A stretch of 64,000 bases of DNA from Escherichia coli (GTDB lineage Bacteria > Pseudomonadota > Gammaproteobacteria > Enterobacterales > Enterobacteriaceae): assembly GCF_003334305.1 (NCBI RefSeq), contig NZ_QOWS01000006.1; one strand, 5' to 3'. Made by a program: the position numbers and the translations under genes. Positions within the stretch are counted from its first letter, which is position 1. The number at the start of each line of letters is the position of its first letter. This document shows, one piece after another, positions 20,190 to 33,000 of the stretch. The notes beneath the pieces were generated by a model. That model saw nothing but the letters and a program-made list of their open reading frames with translations. It ran no database searches and was not told the origin of the DNA.

Positions 20190-22168
20190 GTAAACGAATT
20201 GCGCTTTTTCCGGCGTTATTGCTGGCGCTGCTGGTGATTGTCGCTACGGCGCTGACCTGGATGAACTTTTCGCAGGCGCTGCCGCGCAGTCAGTGGGCGC
20301 AGGCCGCCTGGTCGCCGGATATTAACGTCATCGAGCAGATGATTTTTCACTACAGCTTGTTACCACGTCTGGCGATTTCTCTACTGGTGGGCGCGGGCCT
20401 GGGGCTGGTGGGCGTGCTGTTTCAGCAAGTGCTGCGTAACCCGCTGGCGGAACCGACGACGTTGGGCGTTGCTACAGGCGCGCAACTGGGGATTACCGTC
20501 ACCACGCTCTGGGCGATCCCCGGTGCTATGGCGAGCCAGTTTGCCGCGCTGGTGGGCGCTTGTGTCGTTGGCTTAATCGTCTTTGGCGTCGCGTGGGGGA
20601 AACGGCTTTCGCCGGTTACGCTTATTCTCGCGGGGCTGGTGGTGAGCCTTTATTGCGGGGCAATTAATCAGCTACTGGTTATCTTCCATCACGACCAGCT
20701 GCAAAGCATGTTCCTGTGGAGCACCGGAACGCTGACGCAAACCGACTGGGGCGGCGTTGAGCGTTTATGGCCGCAGCTGCTGGGCGGCGTGATGCTGACG
20801 TTACTGCTACTTCGTCCGTTAACCCTGATGGGGCTTGATGATGGCGTGGCGCGCAATCTCGGGCTGGCCTTATCGCTCGCGCGTCTGGCTGCGCTGTCGC
20901 TGGCGATAGTCATCAGTGCGCTGCTGGTGAATGCGGTGGGGATTATCGGCTTTATCGGGTTGTTCGCGCCACTGCTGGCAAAAATGCTGGGGGCGCGGCG
21001 TTTGTTGCCACGGTTGATGCTGGCGTCGCTGATTGGTGCGTTAATTCTGTGGCTTTCTGATCAAATCATCCTCTGGCTGACTCGCGTGTGGATGGAAGTG
21101 TCCACCGGTTCGGTCACTGCGTTGATCGGTGCGCCGCTGCTACTGTGGCTGCTGCCGCGTTTACGGAGCATTAGCGCGCCGGATATGAAGGTCAACGATC
21201 GTGTCGCGACTGAACGCCAACATGTGCTGGCGTTTGTCCTCGCGGGCGGCGTGCTGCTGTTGATGGCTGTGGTAGTGGCGCTGTCGTTTGGTCGTGATGC
21301 GCACGGCTGGACGTGGGCGAGCGGGGCGTTGCTTGAGGATTTGATGCCCTGGCGCTGGCCGCGAATTATGGCGGCGCTGTTTGCGGGCGTCATGCTGGCG
21401 GTGGCGGGCTGTATTATTCAGCGGCTGACCGGAAACCCGATGGCAAGCCCGGAAGTGCTGGGGATTAGCTCTGGCGCAGCGTTTGGCGTGGTGTTGATGC
21501 TGTTTCTGGTGCCGGGTAATGCCTTTGGCTGGCTGTTACCTGCAGGCAGTCTCGGGGCGGCGGTGACGCTGTTGATCATTATGATCGCCGCCGGACGCGG
21601 TGGATTTTCCCCACACCGCATGTTACTGGCGGGGATGGCGTTAAGTACCGCGTTCACCATGCTTTTGATGATGTTGCAGGCAAGTGGTGACCCGCGAATG
21701 GCGCAAGTGCTGACCTGGATTTCCGGTTCGACCTACAACGCGACCGATGCGCAGGTCTGGCGCACCGGAATTGTGATGGTGATTTTGCTGGCGATTACCC
21801 CGCTGTGCCGCCGCTGGCTGACCATTTTACCGCTGGGTGGTGATACCGCCCGAGCCGTAGGAATGGCGCTAACGCCGACGCGAATTGCGCTGCTGCTGTT
21901 AGCGGCTTGCCTGACGGCGACCGCGACGATGACTATTGGACCGTTGAGTTTTGTTGGTTTAATGGCACCGCATATTGCGCGGATGATGGGCTTTCGACGG
22001 ACGATGCCGCACATCGTAATTTCGGCGCTGGTGGGTGGTTTACTGCTGGTGTTCGCTGACTGGTGTGGGCGGATGGTGCTGTTTCCATTCCAGATCCCGG
22101 CGGGGCTGCTGTCAACCTTTATCGGCGCGCCATATTTTATCTATTTGTTGAGAAAGCAGAGCCGTTAA
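20186..22168 (+). CDS. fhuB: ferric hydroxamate ABC transporter permease (fused double permease)
   Basis: 660-aa highly hydrophobic ORF overlapping the fhuD stop. Confidence 0.9.
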   Translation: MSKRIALFPALLLALLVIVATALTWMNFSQALPRSQWAQAAWSPDINVIEQMIFHYSLLPRLAISLLVGAGLGLVGVLFQQVLRNPLAEPTTLGVATGAQLGITVTTLWAIPGAMASQFAALVGACVVGLIVFGVAWGKRLSPVTLILAGLVVSLYCGAINQLLVIFHHDQLQSMFLWSTGTLTQTDWGGVERLWPQLLGGVMLTLLLLRPLTLMGLDDGVARNLGLALSLARLAALSLAIVISALLVNAVGIIGFIGLFAPLLAKMLGARRLLPRLMLASLIGALILWLSDQIILWLTRVWMEVSTGSVTALIGAPLLLWLLPRLRSISAPDMKVNDRVATERQHVLAFVLAGGVLLLMAVVVALSFGRDAHGWTWASGALLEDLMPWRWPRIMAALFAGVMLAVAGCIIQRLTGNPMASPEVLGISSGAAFGVVLMLFLVPGNAFGWLLPAGSLGAAVTLLIIMIAAGRGGFSPHRMLLAGMALSTAFTMLLMMLQASGDPRMAQVLTWISGSTYNATDAQVWRTGIVMVILLAITPLCRRWLTILPLGGDTARAVGMALTPTRIALLLLAACLTATATMTIGPLSFVGLMAPHIARMMGFRRTMPHIVISALVGGLLLVFADWCGRMVLFPFQIPAGLLSTFIGAPYFIYLLRKQSR

Positions 22169-22174
22169 TTGAAT

Positions 22175-22195
22175 GCCTCGCCCGGTGGGCGAGGC
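22175..22195. terminator. convergent stem-loop between fhuB and hemL (GCCTCGCCC-GGTG-GGCGAGGC)
   Basis: Inverted repeat in the 34-bp spacer between the convergent fhuB and hemL stops. Confidence 0.45.
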
Positions 22196-22202
22196 AAAAT
22201 CA

Positions 22203-23483
22203 TCACAACTTCGCAAACACCCGACGTGCAGCATCGATGGTGTTATTGATATCTTCCATGCTGTGCGCCACGGACATAAAGCCCGCTTCAAACGCTGATG
22301 GTGCCAGGTAAACACCTTCATCCAGCATCATATGGAAGAAACGCTTAAAGCGTTCCACGTCACAGGCCATCACATCCTGATAGCACGTCACGGACTCGGC
22401 GTCGGTAAAGAAAATACCGAACATGCCGCCAACGTGGTTAACGACCAGCGGAATTCCGGCTTCTTCTGCCGCTTCCAGCAGACCTTCTGCCAGACGTGTT
22501 GTCAGCTCATCCAGCGTTTCGTGAACGCCCGGCTGCGCGACTTCATTCAGACAGGCGAAACCCGCTGCCATCGCAATTGGGTTACCGGAAAGCGTACCCG
22601 CCTGATAGACCGGACCCGTCGGGGCCAGCGCATCCATTACATCACGACGACCACCGAATGCGCCTACCGGCATTCCACCGCCGATGATTTTGCCCAGGCA
22701 GGTGAGATCCGGTTCCACACCGTAATAATCCTGTGCGCCAGCTAGCGCTACGCGGAAGCCAGTCATTACTTCATCGATGATCAGCAATGCGCCAAATTCG
22801 TCGCACAGCGCGCGCAGACCTGGCAGGAACTCTGGCAGCGGTGGAACGCAGTTCATATTGCCTGCCACCGGCTCGACGATAATACAGGCAATCTCTTGCG
22901 GGTATTGCTCAAACGCGGCGCGTACAGAAGCCAGATCGTTATAAGTACAGGTTAAGGTATGTTTGGCGAAATCTGCCGGAACACCCGGCGAGTTTGGCTG
23001 GCCTAACGTGAGTGCGCCAGAACCGGCTTTCACCAGCAGGCAGTCAGCGTGACCGTGGTAACAACCTTCAAATTTAATGATTTTGTCGCGACCGGTAAAA
23101 CCACGGGCCAGGCGGATGGCGCTCATCGTCGCTTCAGTGCCGGAGTTCACCATGCGCACCATATCCATGGTCGGGACCAGTTCGGTCACCAGTTGCGCCA
23201 TTTTCACTTCCATTTCGGTCGGTGCACCAAAGCTTAAACCACGCTCGGCGGCTTCAATCACGGCATTGCGGATAGCCGGATGGTTATGGCCCAGCACCAT
23301 CGGCCCCCAGGAACCGACATAATCGATATAGGCTTTGCCATCAACATCGTACAGATAAGCGCCGTCCGCTTTTTCGATAAACAGTGGAGTGCCGCCCACG
23401 CCAGTAAAGGCGCGAACAGGGGAGTTCACACCGCCAGGGATCAGCTCGCGCGCTGCGCTGTAAAGATTTTCAGACTTACTCAT
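22203..23483 (-). CDS. hemL: glutamate-1-semialdehyde 2,1-aminomutase
   Basis: 426-aa [29 protein letters not shown]... recognised as HemL. Confidence 0.9.
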   Translation of the reverse strand: MSKSENLYSAARELIPGGVNSPVRAFTGVGGTPLFIEKADGAYLYDVDGKAYIDYVGSWGPMVLGHNHPAIRNAVIEAAERGLSFGAPTEMEVKMAQLVTELVPTMDMVRMVNSGTEATMSAIRLARGFTGRDKIIKFEGCYHGHADCLLVKAGSGALTLGQPNSPGVPADFAKHTLTCTYNDLASVRAAFEQYPQEIACIIVEPVAGNMNCVPPLPEFLPGLRALCDEFGALLIIDEVMTGFRVALAGAQDYYGVEPDLTCLGKIIGGGMPVGAFGGRRDVMDALAPTGPVYQAGTLSGNPIAMAAGFACLNEVAQPGVHETLDELTTRLAEGLLEAAEEAGIPLVVNHVGGMFGIFFTDAESVTCYQDVMACDVERFKRFFHMMLDEGVYLAPSAFEAGFMSVAHSMEDINNTIDAARRVFAKL

Positions 23484-23689
23484 GGAGGGTTCCTGATTCG
23501 TAGAAAAAGTGAATGGCTGCTATTCTATGTTATTCATAACAAGTTAAATACTCGTCAAACATCAGGCTGCTTGTACTGGTGCAATCCTGATTTCTTAGAG
23601 TATAAAAGTTTTGTGCATTTGAAACATTACGCTTTGCAAAGGATTTTCATGGAACGTGCGAGTAAAATGCCGTCATCTTATTTGTATGA

Positions 23690-25129
<1,440 letters not shown>

Positions 25130-25210
25130 ACGAAATACCAGGGTATTAGATAATGGCGATTATTATTGGGTTAGAATTTGCCCAATTGCCGATGTCGTTT
25201 GGAGCAAAAT

Positions 25211-25555
25211 ATGAGTGATGACGTAGCACTGCCGCTGGAGTTTACCGACGCAGCAGCCAACAAAGTTAAAAGCCTGATCGCTGACGAAGATAACCCGAAT
25301 CTGAAATTACGCGTGTATATCACCGGTGGCGGTTGCAGCGGCTTCCAGTATGGTTTCACCTTTGATGATCAGGTGAACGAAGGCGATATGACCATCGAAA
25401 AACAGGGCGTTGGCCTGGTGGTTGATCCGATGAGCCTGCAATATCTGGTCGGCGGTTCCGTTGACTATACCGAAGGACTGGAAGGTTCTCGTTTCATCGT
25501 GACCAACCCGAACGCGAAAAGCACCTGCGGTTGCGGTTCTTCCTTTAGCATCTAA
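25211..25555 (+). CDS. erpA: iron-sulfur cluster insertion protein (A-type carrier)
   Basis: Track ORF over-extended; real start [11 protein letters not shown] at 25211 with Shine-Dalgarno GGAG; C-terminal CGCGSSF motif; 114 aa. Confidence 0.9.
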
Positions 25556-25565
25556 TCTGTTGTTC

Positions 25566-25592
25566 ATGTGCCGGATAAACTATCCGGCACAT
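25566..25592. terminator. bidirectional stem-loop between erpA and yadS (ATGTGCCGGATA-AAC-TATCCGGCACAT)
   Basis: Perfect 12-bp inverted repeat between convergent genes. Confidence 0.5.
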
Positions 25593-25601
25593 CTTCTCTC
25601 T

Positions 25602-26225
25602 TCAACGCCCATTCTCATCCAGCGCAAACGTCGGTAGCTTAAGATGCCAACGAATAGCCGCCAGCCGAATCAAGAGCGTCACGACCATGCCCATCATACT
25701 GGCTGTTTCCAGTGGTACGGAAAATGTGTAATAAGCCGTAGCGTGGACAATACCGCCGATAATACAGGCAGTTGCGTAGATTTCTGTACGTAAAATCATG
25801 GGGATTTCGCGGGCCAGAACATCACGAATGATCCCGCCGCCAACGCCAGTAATGACGCCCATACAAACCGCGATTAACGGACCGGCTTCCGCATTAAAGG
25901 CTTTATTCACGCCAATGCCGACAAACACCGCCAGACCAACGGCGTCCAGCACCGGCAACATCCATTTTGGTAAGCGTCTTGGCTGGCGCACCAGCACGAT
26001 GGTCAGCATGCTGGTTACCATTGCAACGACCAGATCGGTGGGATCTTTCACCCAAAATACCGGGCCGTGATCCAGCGCCATGTCGCGAATTGTCCCGCCG
26101 CCTACAGCGGTAACCACGCCCAGTACCAGAACACCAAAAGGGTCCATACGCAATTTTCCGGCTAACAAAACGCCGGAGATGGCAAATACCGCTGTGCCGA
26201 CTATATCCAGCCAATAGACGAGCAT
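25602..26225 (-). CDS. yadS: UPF0126 family inner membrane protein
   Basis: 207-aa hydrophobic ORF with duplicated GGGxIRD motifs. Confidence 0.8.
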   Translation of the reverse strand: MLVYWLDIVGTAVFAISGVLLAGKLRMDPFGVLVLGVVTAVGGGTIRDMALDHGPVFWVKDPTDLVVAMVTSMLTIVLVRQPRRLPKWMLPVLDAVGLAVFVGIGVNKAFNAEAGPLIAVCMGVITGVGGGIIRDVLAREIPMILRTEIYATACIIGGIVHATAYYTFSVPLETASMMGMVVTLLIRLAAIRWHLKLPTFALDENGR

Positions 26226-26262
26226 TGTTCAATCCCCACTGAGCACCTGAAAAGGTCAGGCA

Positions 26263-27063
26263 CTAATCTACCTGTGAAAGCGCATTACAGAGCTGTTGTG
26301 CAGCGAGGATAATACGTGGGCTTGCACGTTCAAACCAGTCACTCGTGAGAGGAATAACGGGAATTTTGAGCTGTTCACCCCAGTATTGTTTGATTTTAGG
26401 AATTTGGTCCGGTCCGCCTGTAATGACAATCGCCTGTGGCGAGCGTGCTAACACCTGTTCGCGGCTAACTTGCGGCCAGGGAACCCGGCTGTCTTTAAAG
26501 ATGTTTTCTCCGCCACAAACTTCGAGTACCTGGTTCTGAATCGACTCTTTTCCACTGGTAAATGGCGGATTAATGCCGAATTGCAGAAAAACACGTTTTT
26601 TAGGTTTATCAGCATATTGCGCTTTCAATTGCGCGTACTGATCCAGCAGGGATTGCGCGGCTTGTTCGGCCTTGTCTGGTTGCGGACTCCAGGGGGCCAG
26701 TTGACGTAACGCATTGGCAATTTGTTCAATGCTTGTCGCATCGACCCACATCACTTTTATTCCCAGCGAAGCCAGCTGGTCAACCTGCCGCTCGGCATTA
26801 CCTCCACGCCAGGCAATCACCAGATCGGGTTTCAGCGCGACAATGCGTTCCAGATTCATCCCCTGCCAGGTGGAAACCTGCTCAATCTTTTGCGCTTGTG
26901 GAGGATAGTCGGAATAGCTGCTGACCCCAACCGGCGTGATCCCGGCGGCAAAGGCAAGTTCAGTGTTGGCGGGAGAAAGCGTGATGACGCGCGGCGCGGC
27001 GTTGAGCCACAGTGGCGCAAGAAAAGACAGGGCGACCAGCGCCCTGAACAGTGACTTAGCCAT
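26263..27063 (-). CDS. btuF: vitamin B12 periplasmic binding protein
   Basis: Track ORF 275 aa; BtuF starts [22 protein letters not shown] (266 aa); its start overlaps the mtn 3' end by 8 nt. Confidence 0.85.
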   Translation of the reverse strand: MAKSLFRALVALSFLAPLWLNAAPRVITLSPANTELAFAAGITPVGVSSYSDYPPQAQKIEQVSTWQGMNLERIVALKPDLVIAWRGGNAERQVDQLASLGIKVMWVDATSIEQIANALRQLAPWSPQPDKAEQAAQSLLDQYAQLKAQYADKPKKRVFLQFGINPPFTSGKESIQNQVLEVCGGENIFKDSRVPWPQVSREQVLARSPQAIVITGGPDQIPKIKQYWGEQLKIPVIPLTSDWFERASPRIILAAQQLCNALSQVD

Positions 27064-27754
27064 GTGCAAGTTTCTGCACCAGTGACTCAACCATCAGGCT
27101 GGACTGTTTAGCGGCAACAGCCAGGAACTCATCGAAGCTAAGATGAGACTGTTGATCGGCCACGTCGGAGATGGCGCGTACGACAACAAACGGGACGTTG
27201 AAATTGTGGCAGACATGGGCGATTGCCGTCGCTTCCATCTCTACAGCAATGGCCTGTGGGAAGTTGTGGCGGATTTTCGCCAGACCAACAGAACCGTTGA
27301 TGAAAGCGTCGCCGCTAACAATCAGGCCACGTACAGCGTTAAGATTCAGTTCGGCAATGCAGGCCTCAGCGGCAGCGATCAGTTTATCGTCAGCTTTAAA
27401 GCCTGCCGGACAGCCTGGTAACTGACCGTATTCATAACCAAATGCCGTGACATCCGCGTCGTGATAACGTGCTTCGTCCGAGACAACGATATCGCCCACT
27501 TTCAGCGTTGGTGCCAGGCCACCGGCAGAACCGGTGTTAATAATCACATCTGGCTTGCAGTGTTCCAACAGCAGAGTGGCACCCAGCGCCGCAGCGACTT
27601 TACCGATGCCCGATTTCAGAAGCGCAACCTCGGTTCCATTCAGTTGGCCGGTATAGATTTCGCAACCGCCGAGACTGATAGTTTGACGGTTTTCGATTTT
27701 GTCACGCAGCAGCGTAACTTCTTCTTCCATTGCACCAATGATGCCGATTTTCAT
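27056..27754 (-). CDS. mtnN: 5'-methylthioadenosine/S-adenosylhomocysteine nucleosidase
   Basis: 232-aa [23 protein letters not shown]... recognised as Mtn/Pfs. Confidence 0.9.
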   Translation of the reverse strand: MKIGIIGAMEEEVTLLRDKIENRQTISLGGCEIYTGQLNGTEVALLKSGIGKVAAALGATLLLEHCKPDVIINTGSAGGLAPTLKVGDIVVSDEARYHDADVTAFGYEYGQLPGCPAGFKADDKLIAAAEACIAELNLNAVRGLIVSGDAFINGSVGLAKIRHNFPQAIAVEMEATAIAHVCHNFNVPFVVVRAISDVADQQSHLSFDEFLAVAAKQSSLMVESLVQKLAHG

Positions 27755-27837
27755 AGATTTACTCGCGATAAGCCCGATTTGAAGGCATAGTTTACCATGC
27801 GCTTACGGGGAAGCGTATTTCTCACGCGGGAGAGGAC

Positions 27838-29355
27838 ATGGCACAGATTGATTTCCGAAAAAAAATAAACTGGCATCGTCGTTACCGTTCACCGCAGGGC
27901 GTTAAAACCGAACATGAGATCCTGCGGATCTTCGAGAGCGATCGCGGGCGTATCATCAACTCTCCGGCAATTCGTCGTCTGCAACAAAAGACCCAGGTTT
28001 TTCCACTGGAGCGCAATGCCGCCGTGCGCACGCGTCTTACTCACTCGATGGAAGTCCAGCAGGTGGGGCGCTACATCGCCAAAGAAATTTTAAGCCGTCT
28101 GAAAGAGCTTAAATTGCTGGAAGCATACGGCCTGGATGAACTGACCGGACCTTTTGAAAGCATTGTTGAGATGTCATGCCTGATGCACGATATCGGCAAT
28201 CCGCCGTTTGGTCATTTTGGCGAAGCAGCGATAAATGACTGGTTTCGCCAACGTTTGCACCCGGAAGATGCCGAAAGCCAGCCTCTGACTGACGATCGCT
28301 GCAGCGTGGCGGCACTACGTTTACGGGACGGGGAAGAACCGCTTAACGAGCTGCGGCGCAAGATTCGTCAGGACTTATGTCATTTTGAGGGGAATGCACA
28401 AGGCATTCGTCTGGTGCATACATTGATGCGGATGAATCTCACCTGGGCACAGGTTGGCGGTATTTTAAAATATACCCGTCCGGCGTGGTGGCGTGGCGAA
28501 ACGCCTGAGACACATCACTATTTAATGAAAAAGCCGGGTTATTATCTTTCTGAAGAAGCCTATATTGCCCGGTTGCGTAAAGAACTTAATTTGGCGCTTT
28601 ACAGTCGTTTTCCATTAACGTGGATTATGGAAGCTGCCGACGACATCTCCTATTGTGTGGCAGACCTTGAAGATGCGGTAGAGAAAAGAATATTTACCGT
28701 TGAGCAGCTTTATCATCATTTGCACGAAGCGTGGGGCCAGCATGAGAAAGGTTCGCTCTTTTCGCTGGTGGTTGAAAATGCCTGGGAAAAATCACGCTCA
28801 AATAGTTTAAGCCGCAGTACGGAAGATCAGTTTTTTATGTATTTACGAGTAAATACCCTAAATAAACTGGTACCCTATGCGGCACAACGATTTATTGATA
28901 ATCTGCCTGCGATTTTCGCCGGAACGTTTAATCATGCATTATTGGAAGATGCCAGCGAATGCAGCGATCTTCTTAAGCTATATAAAAATGTCGCTGTAAA
29001 ACATGTGTTTAGCCATCCAGATGTCGAGCAGCTTGAATTGCAGGGCTATCGGGTCATTAGCGGATTATTAGAGATTTATCGTCCTTTATTAAGCCTGTCG
29101 TTATCAGACTTTACTGAACTGGTAGAAAAAGAACGGGTGAAACGTTTCCCTATTGAATCGCGCTTATTCCACAAACTCTCGACGCGCCATCGGCTGGCCT
29201 ATGTCGAGGCTGTCAGTAAATTACCGTCAGATTCTCCTGAGTTTCCGCTATGGGAATATTATTACCGTTGCCGCCTGCTGCAGGATTATATCAGCGGTAT
29301 GACCGACCTCTATGCGTGGGATGAATACCGACGTCTGATGGCCGTAGAACAATAA
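27838..29355 (+). CDS. dgt: dGTP triphosphohydrolase
   Basis: 505-aa ORF with HD-domain motifs ([16 protein letters not shown]). Confidence 0.9.
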
Positions 29356-29411
29356 CCAGGCTTTTGTAAAGACGAACAATAAATTTTTACCTTTTGCAGA
29401 AACTTTAGTTC

Positions 29412-29439
29412 GGAACTTCGCGCTATAAAACGAATCTGA
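29412..29439 (+). promoter_or_regulatory. sigmaE-type promoter of degP (-35 GGAACTT, 16-nt spacer, -10 TCTGA)
   Basis: GGAACTT at 29412-29418 and TCTGA at 29435-29439 read in the sequence, about 45 nt upstream of the degP ATG; a GTAAA-containing candidate CpxR site lies just upstream at about 29366. Confidence 0.7.
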
Positions 29440-29484
29440 AGAACACAGCAATTTTGCGTTATCTGTTAATCGAGACTGAAATAC

Positions 29485-30909
29485 ATGAAAAAAACCACAT
29501 TAGCACTGAGTGCACTGGCTCTGAGTTTAGGTTTGGCGTTATCTCCGCTCTCTGCAACGGCGGCTGAGACTTCTTCAGCAACGACAGCCCAGCAGATGCC
29601 AAGCCTTGCACCGATGCTCGAAAAGGTGATGCCTTCAGTGGTCAGCATTAACGTAGAAGGTAGCACAACCGTTAATACGCCGCGTATGCCGCGTAATTTC
29701 CAGCAGTTCTTCGGTGATGATTCTCCGTTCTGCCAGGAAGGTTCTCCGTTCCAGAGCTCTCCGTTCTGCCAGGGTGGCCAGGGCGGTAATGGTGGCGGCC
29801 AGCAACAGAAATTCATGGCGCTGGGTTCCGGCGTCATCATTGATGCCGATAAAGGCTATGTCGTCACCAACAACCACGTTGTTGATAACGCGACGGTCAT
29901 TAAAGTTCAACTGAGCGATGGCCGTAAGTTCGACGCGAAGATGGTTGGCAAAGATCCGCGCTCTGATATCGCGCTGATCCAAATCCAGAACCCGAAAAAC
30001 CTGACCGCAATTAAGATGGCGGATTCTGATGCACTGCGCGTGGGTGATTACACCGTAGCGATTGGTAACCCGTTTGGTCTGGGCGAGACGGTAACTTCCG
30101 GGATTGTCTCTGCGCTGGGGCGTAGCGGCCTGAATGCCGAAAACTACGAAAACTTCATCCAGACCGATGCAGCGATCAACCGTGGTAACTCCGGTGGTGC
30201 GCTGGTTAACCTGAACGGTGAACTGATCGGTATCAACACCGCGATCCTCGCACCGGACGGCGGCAACATCGGTATCGGTTTTGCTATCCCGAGCAACATG
30301 GTGAAAAACCTGACCTCGCAGATGGTGGAATACGGCCAGGTGAAACGCGGTGAGCTGGGTATTATGGGGACTGAGCTGAACTCCGAACTGGCCAAAGCGA
30401 TGAAAGTTGACGCCCAGCGCGGTGCTTTCGTAAGCCAGGTTCTGCCTAATTCCTCCGCTGCAAAAGCGGGCATTAAAGCGGGTGATGTGATCACCTCACT
30501 GAACGGTAAGCCGATCAGCAGCTTTGCCGCACTGCGTGCTCAGGTGGGTACTATGCCGGTGGGCAGTAAACTGACCCTGGGCTTACTGCGCGACGGTAAG
30601 CAGGTTAACGTGAACCTGGAACTGCAGCAGAGCAGCCAGAATCAGGTTGATTCCAGCTCCATCTTCAACGGCATTGAAGGCGCTGAGATGAGCAACAAAG
30701 GCAAAGATCAGGGCGTGGTAGTGAACAACGTGAAAACGGGCACTCCGGCTGCGCAGATCGGCCTGAAGAAAGGTGATGTGATTATTGGCGCGAACCAGCA
30801 GGCAGTGAAAAACATCGCTGAACTGCGTAAAGTTCTCGACAGCAAACCGTCTGTGCTGGCACTGAACATTCAGCGCGGCGACAGCACCATCTACCTGTTA
30901 ATGCAGTAA
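29485..30909 (+). CDS. degP: periplasmic serine endoprotease/chaperone DegP (HtrA)
   Basis: 474-aa ORF with signal peptide, catalytic GNSGGAL motif and two PDZ regions. Confidence 0.95.
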   Translation: MKKTTLALSALALSLGLALSPLSATAAETSSATTAQQMPSLAPMLEKVMPSVVSINVEGSTTVNTPRMPRNFQQFFGDDSPFCQEGSPFQSSPFCQGGQGGNGGGQQQKFMALGSGVIIDADKGYVVTNNHVVDNATVIKVQLSDGRKFDAKMVGKDPRSDIALIQIQNPKNLTAIKMADSDALRVGDYTVAIGNPFGLGETVTSGIVSALGRSGLNAENYENFIQTDAAINRGNSGGALVNLNGELIGINTAILAPDGGNIGIGFAIPSNMVKNLTSQMVEYGQVKRGELGIMGTELNSELAKAMKVDAQRGAFVSQVLPNSSAAKAGIKAGDVITSLNGKPISSFAALRAQVGTMPVGSKLTLGLLRDGKQVNVNLELQQSSQNQVDSSSIFNGIEGAEMSNKGKDQGVVVNNVKTGTPAAQIGLKKGDVIIGANQQAVKNIAELRKVLDSKPSVLALNIQRGDSTIYLLMQ

Positions 30910-30917
30910 TCTCCCTC

Positions 30918-30950
30918 AACCCCTTCCTGAAAACGGGAAGGGGTTCTCCT
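30918..30950 (+). terminator. stem-loop terminator after degP (AACCCCTTCC-TGAAAACG-GGAAGGGGTT)
   Basis: 10-bp perfect inverted repeat 9 nt after the stop codon. Confidence 0.6.
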
Positions 30951-31063
30951 TACAATCTGTGAACTTCACCACAACTCCATACATCTTCATCATCCTTTAG
31001 GCATTTGCACAATGCCGTACGTTACGTACTTCCTTATGCTAAGCCGTGCATAACGGAGGACTT

Positions 31064-32221
31064 ATGGCTGGCTGGCATCTTGATACCAAAATGGCGCAGG
31101 ATATCGTGGCACGTACCATGCGCATCATCGATACCAATATCAACGTAATGGATGCCCGCGGGCGAATTATCGGCAGCGGCGATCGTGAGCGTATTGGTGA
31201 ATTGCACGAAGGTGCATTGCTGGTACTTTCACAGGGACGAGTCGTCGATATCGATGACGCGGTGGCACGCCATCTGCACGGTGTGCGGCAGGGGATTAAT
31301 CTACCGTTACGGCTGGAAGGTGAAATTGTCGGCGTAATTGGCCTGACAGGTGAACCAGAGAATCTGCGTAAATATGGCGAACTGGTCTGCATGACGGCTG
31401 AAATGATGCTGGAACAGTCGCGGTTGATGCACCTGTTGGCGCAGGATAGCCGTTTGCGGGAAGAACTGGTGATGAACCTGATTCAGGCTGAGGAGAATAC
31501 TCCCGCACTTACTGAATGGGCGCAACGGCTGGGGATCGATCTCAATCAACCGCGAGTAGTGGCTATTGTTGAGGTCGACAGCGGTCAGCTTGGCGTGGAC
31601 AGCGCAATGGCGGAGTTACAACAACTGCAAAATGCGCTGACTACGCCCGAGCGTAATAATCTGGTGGCGATTGTCTCGCTGACCGAAATGGTGGTGTTGA
31701 AACCGGCGTTGAACTCTTTTGGGCGCTGGGATGCAGAAGATCATCGTAAGCGAGTTGAACAACTGATTACCCGCATGAAAGAGTATGGCCAGCTGCGTTT
31801 TCGCGTTTCGCTGGGCAACTATTTTACCGGTCCTGGCAGTATTGCCCGATCCTATCGTACGGCGAAAACGACGATGGTGGTGGGTAAACAGCGGATGCCA
31901 GAAAGTCGCTGCTATTTTTATCAGGATCTGATGTTACCTGTGTTACTCGACAGTTTGCGTGGCGACTGGCAGGCCAATGAACTGGCGCGACCGCTGGCGC
32001 GGCTGAAAGCGATGGACAATAATGGCTTGCTGCGACGAACGCTGGCGGCGTGGTTTCGCCACAATGTGCAACCGCTGGCTACGTCAAAGGCGCTGTTTAT
32101 TCATCGTAATACTCTGGAGTATCGGCTTAATCGTATATCGGAACTGACCGGGCTTGATTTGGGTAATTTTGATGACAGGTTGCTGCTGTATGTGGCGTTG
32201 CAGCTGGATGAAGAGCGGTAG
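31064..32221 (+). CDS. cdaR: carbohydrate diacid regulator (CdaR/SdaR family)
   Basis: Track ORF over-extended; start MAGWHLDTKMAQDIV at 31064 with Shine-Dalgarno GGAGGA; 385 aa. Confidence 0.85.
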   Translation: MAGWHLDTKMAQDIVARTMRIIDTNINVMDARGRIIGSGDRERIGELHEGALLVLSQGRVVDIDDAVARHLHGVRQGINLPLRLEGEIVGVIGLTGEPENLRKYGELVCMTAEMMLEQSRLMHLLAQDSRLREELVMNLIQAEENTPALTEWAQRLGIDLNQPRVVAIVEVDSGQLGVDSAMAELQQLQNALTTPERNNLVAIVSLTEMVVLKPALNSFGRWDAEDHRKRVEQLITRMKEYGQLRFRVSLGNYFTGPGSIARSYRTAKTTMVVGKQRMPESRCYFYQDLMLPVLLDSLRGDWQANELARPLARLKAMDNNGLLRRTLAAWFRHNVQPLATSKALFIHRNTLEYRLNRISELTGLDLGNFDDRLLLYVALQLDEER

Positions 32222-32253
32222 GTTATGCGTTAAGGTCGAGGCGGCGCTGGCTC

Positions 32254-32284
32254 ATTCCCCTCAGCCCGAAGGGTAGAGGGGAAT
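32254..32284. terminator. convergent stem-loop between cdaR and yaeH (ATTCCCCTC...GAGGGGAAT)
   Basis: 9-bp inverted repeat with a structured loop. Confidence 0.4.
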
Positions 32285-32309
32285 GTCCGAGTTAACCGTC
32301 AGTTCGGCA

Positions 32310-32696
32310 TTATTTACGCGTTAGTTTTTCCAGATCGGCTTCAATCTCGCTGATCTTATTGGTTACGACTGACTCCAGGTGACGTAAGTCGTCGAGGATC
32401 TTACGCTTAAGATCAACTTCGCTGCGGTCACGCTGGCAGATTTGATCAAGCTCATCAATGATATACCGTAGATTCGGGCTGATTTCCTGGACTTCTTTAT
32501 AACCCTGACCCACACCATCAGCGACGACCGTTTTACGCTGACGCGGATATTTAAACTTAACGCTCTTGGCGAAAAACTCGCCTTTGTCTTTCTGGAAATA
32601 GATTTTCAGAATATCGTTGTTGGCTTCCTGCCGGAGGCTGTAACGATCAATTTCTTCAGGATTGGTAATACCCAGACTTTTCAGATTGTCGTACAT
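32310..32696 (-). CDS. yaeH: UPF0325 family protein
   Basis: 128-aa [26 protein letters not shown]... recognised as YaeH. Confidence 0.8.
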   Translation of the reverse strand: MYDNLKSLGITNPEEIDRYSLRQEANNDILKIYFQKDKGEFFAKSVKFKYPRQRKTVVADGVGQGYKEVQEISPNLRYIIDELDQICQRDRSEVDLKRKILDDLRHLESVVTNKISEIEADLEKLTRK

Positions 32697-32977
32697 AGCG
32701 TTACCTCAAAATGAGTCAGTAAATTGTGCTTATTTTAGCATTTGGCCTGGCCCGCCCGGCTCGACTGTGATCGCAGAAAGCCTTTTTCTTCCAGACTTCT
32801 ATCATGGCGTAAAAATCAAAAAATTACCTGCTTTATTGTGGCGATATTCCATGGGATGGATTAACACATTTATCTTCGTTTTGCGAATTACATGACAGTC
32901 CGAAACAAGATGAAAAAGTATTTAAAAAAGGGGGGAAGAAGAATGAGTAGGACGAATTATTCTGAGCCAGAAAGCAT

Positions 32978-33000
32978 ACGGGCAGCATCATGCTGCCCGT
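32978..33000 (-). terminator. perfect palindrome ACGGGCAGCA-TCA-TGCTGCCCGT just downstream of the dapD stop
   Basis: 10-bp-arm palindrome 10 nt beyond the dapD stop codon. Confidence 0.5.
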
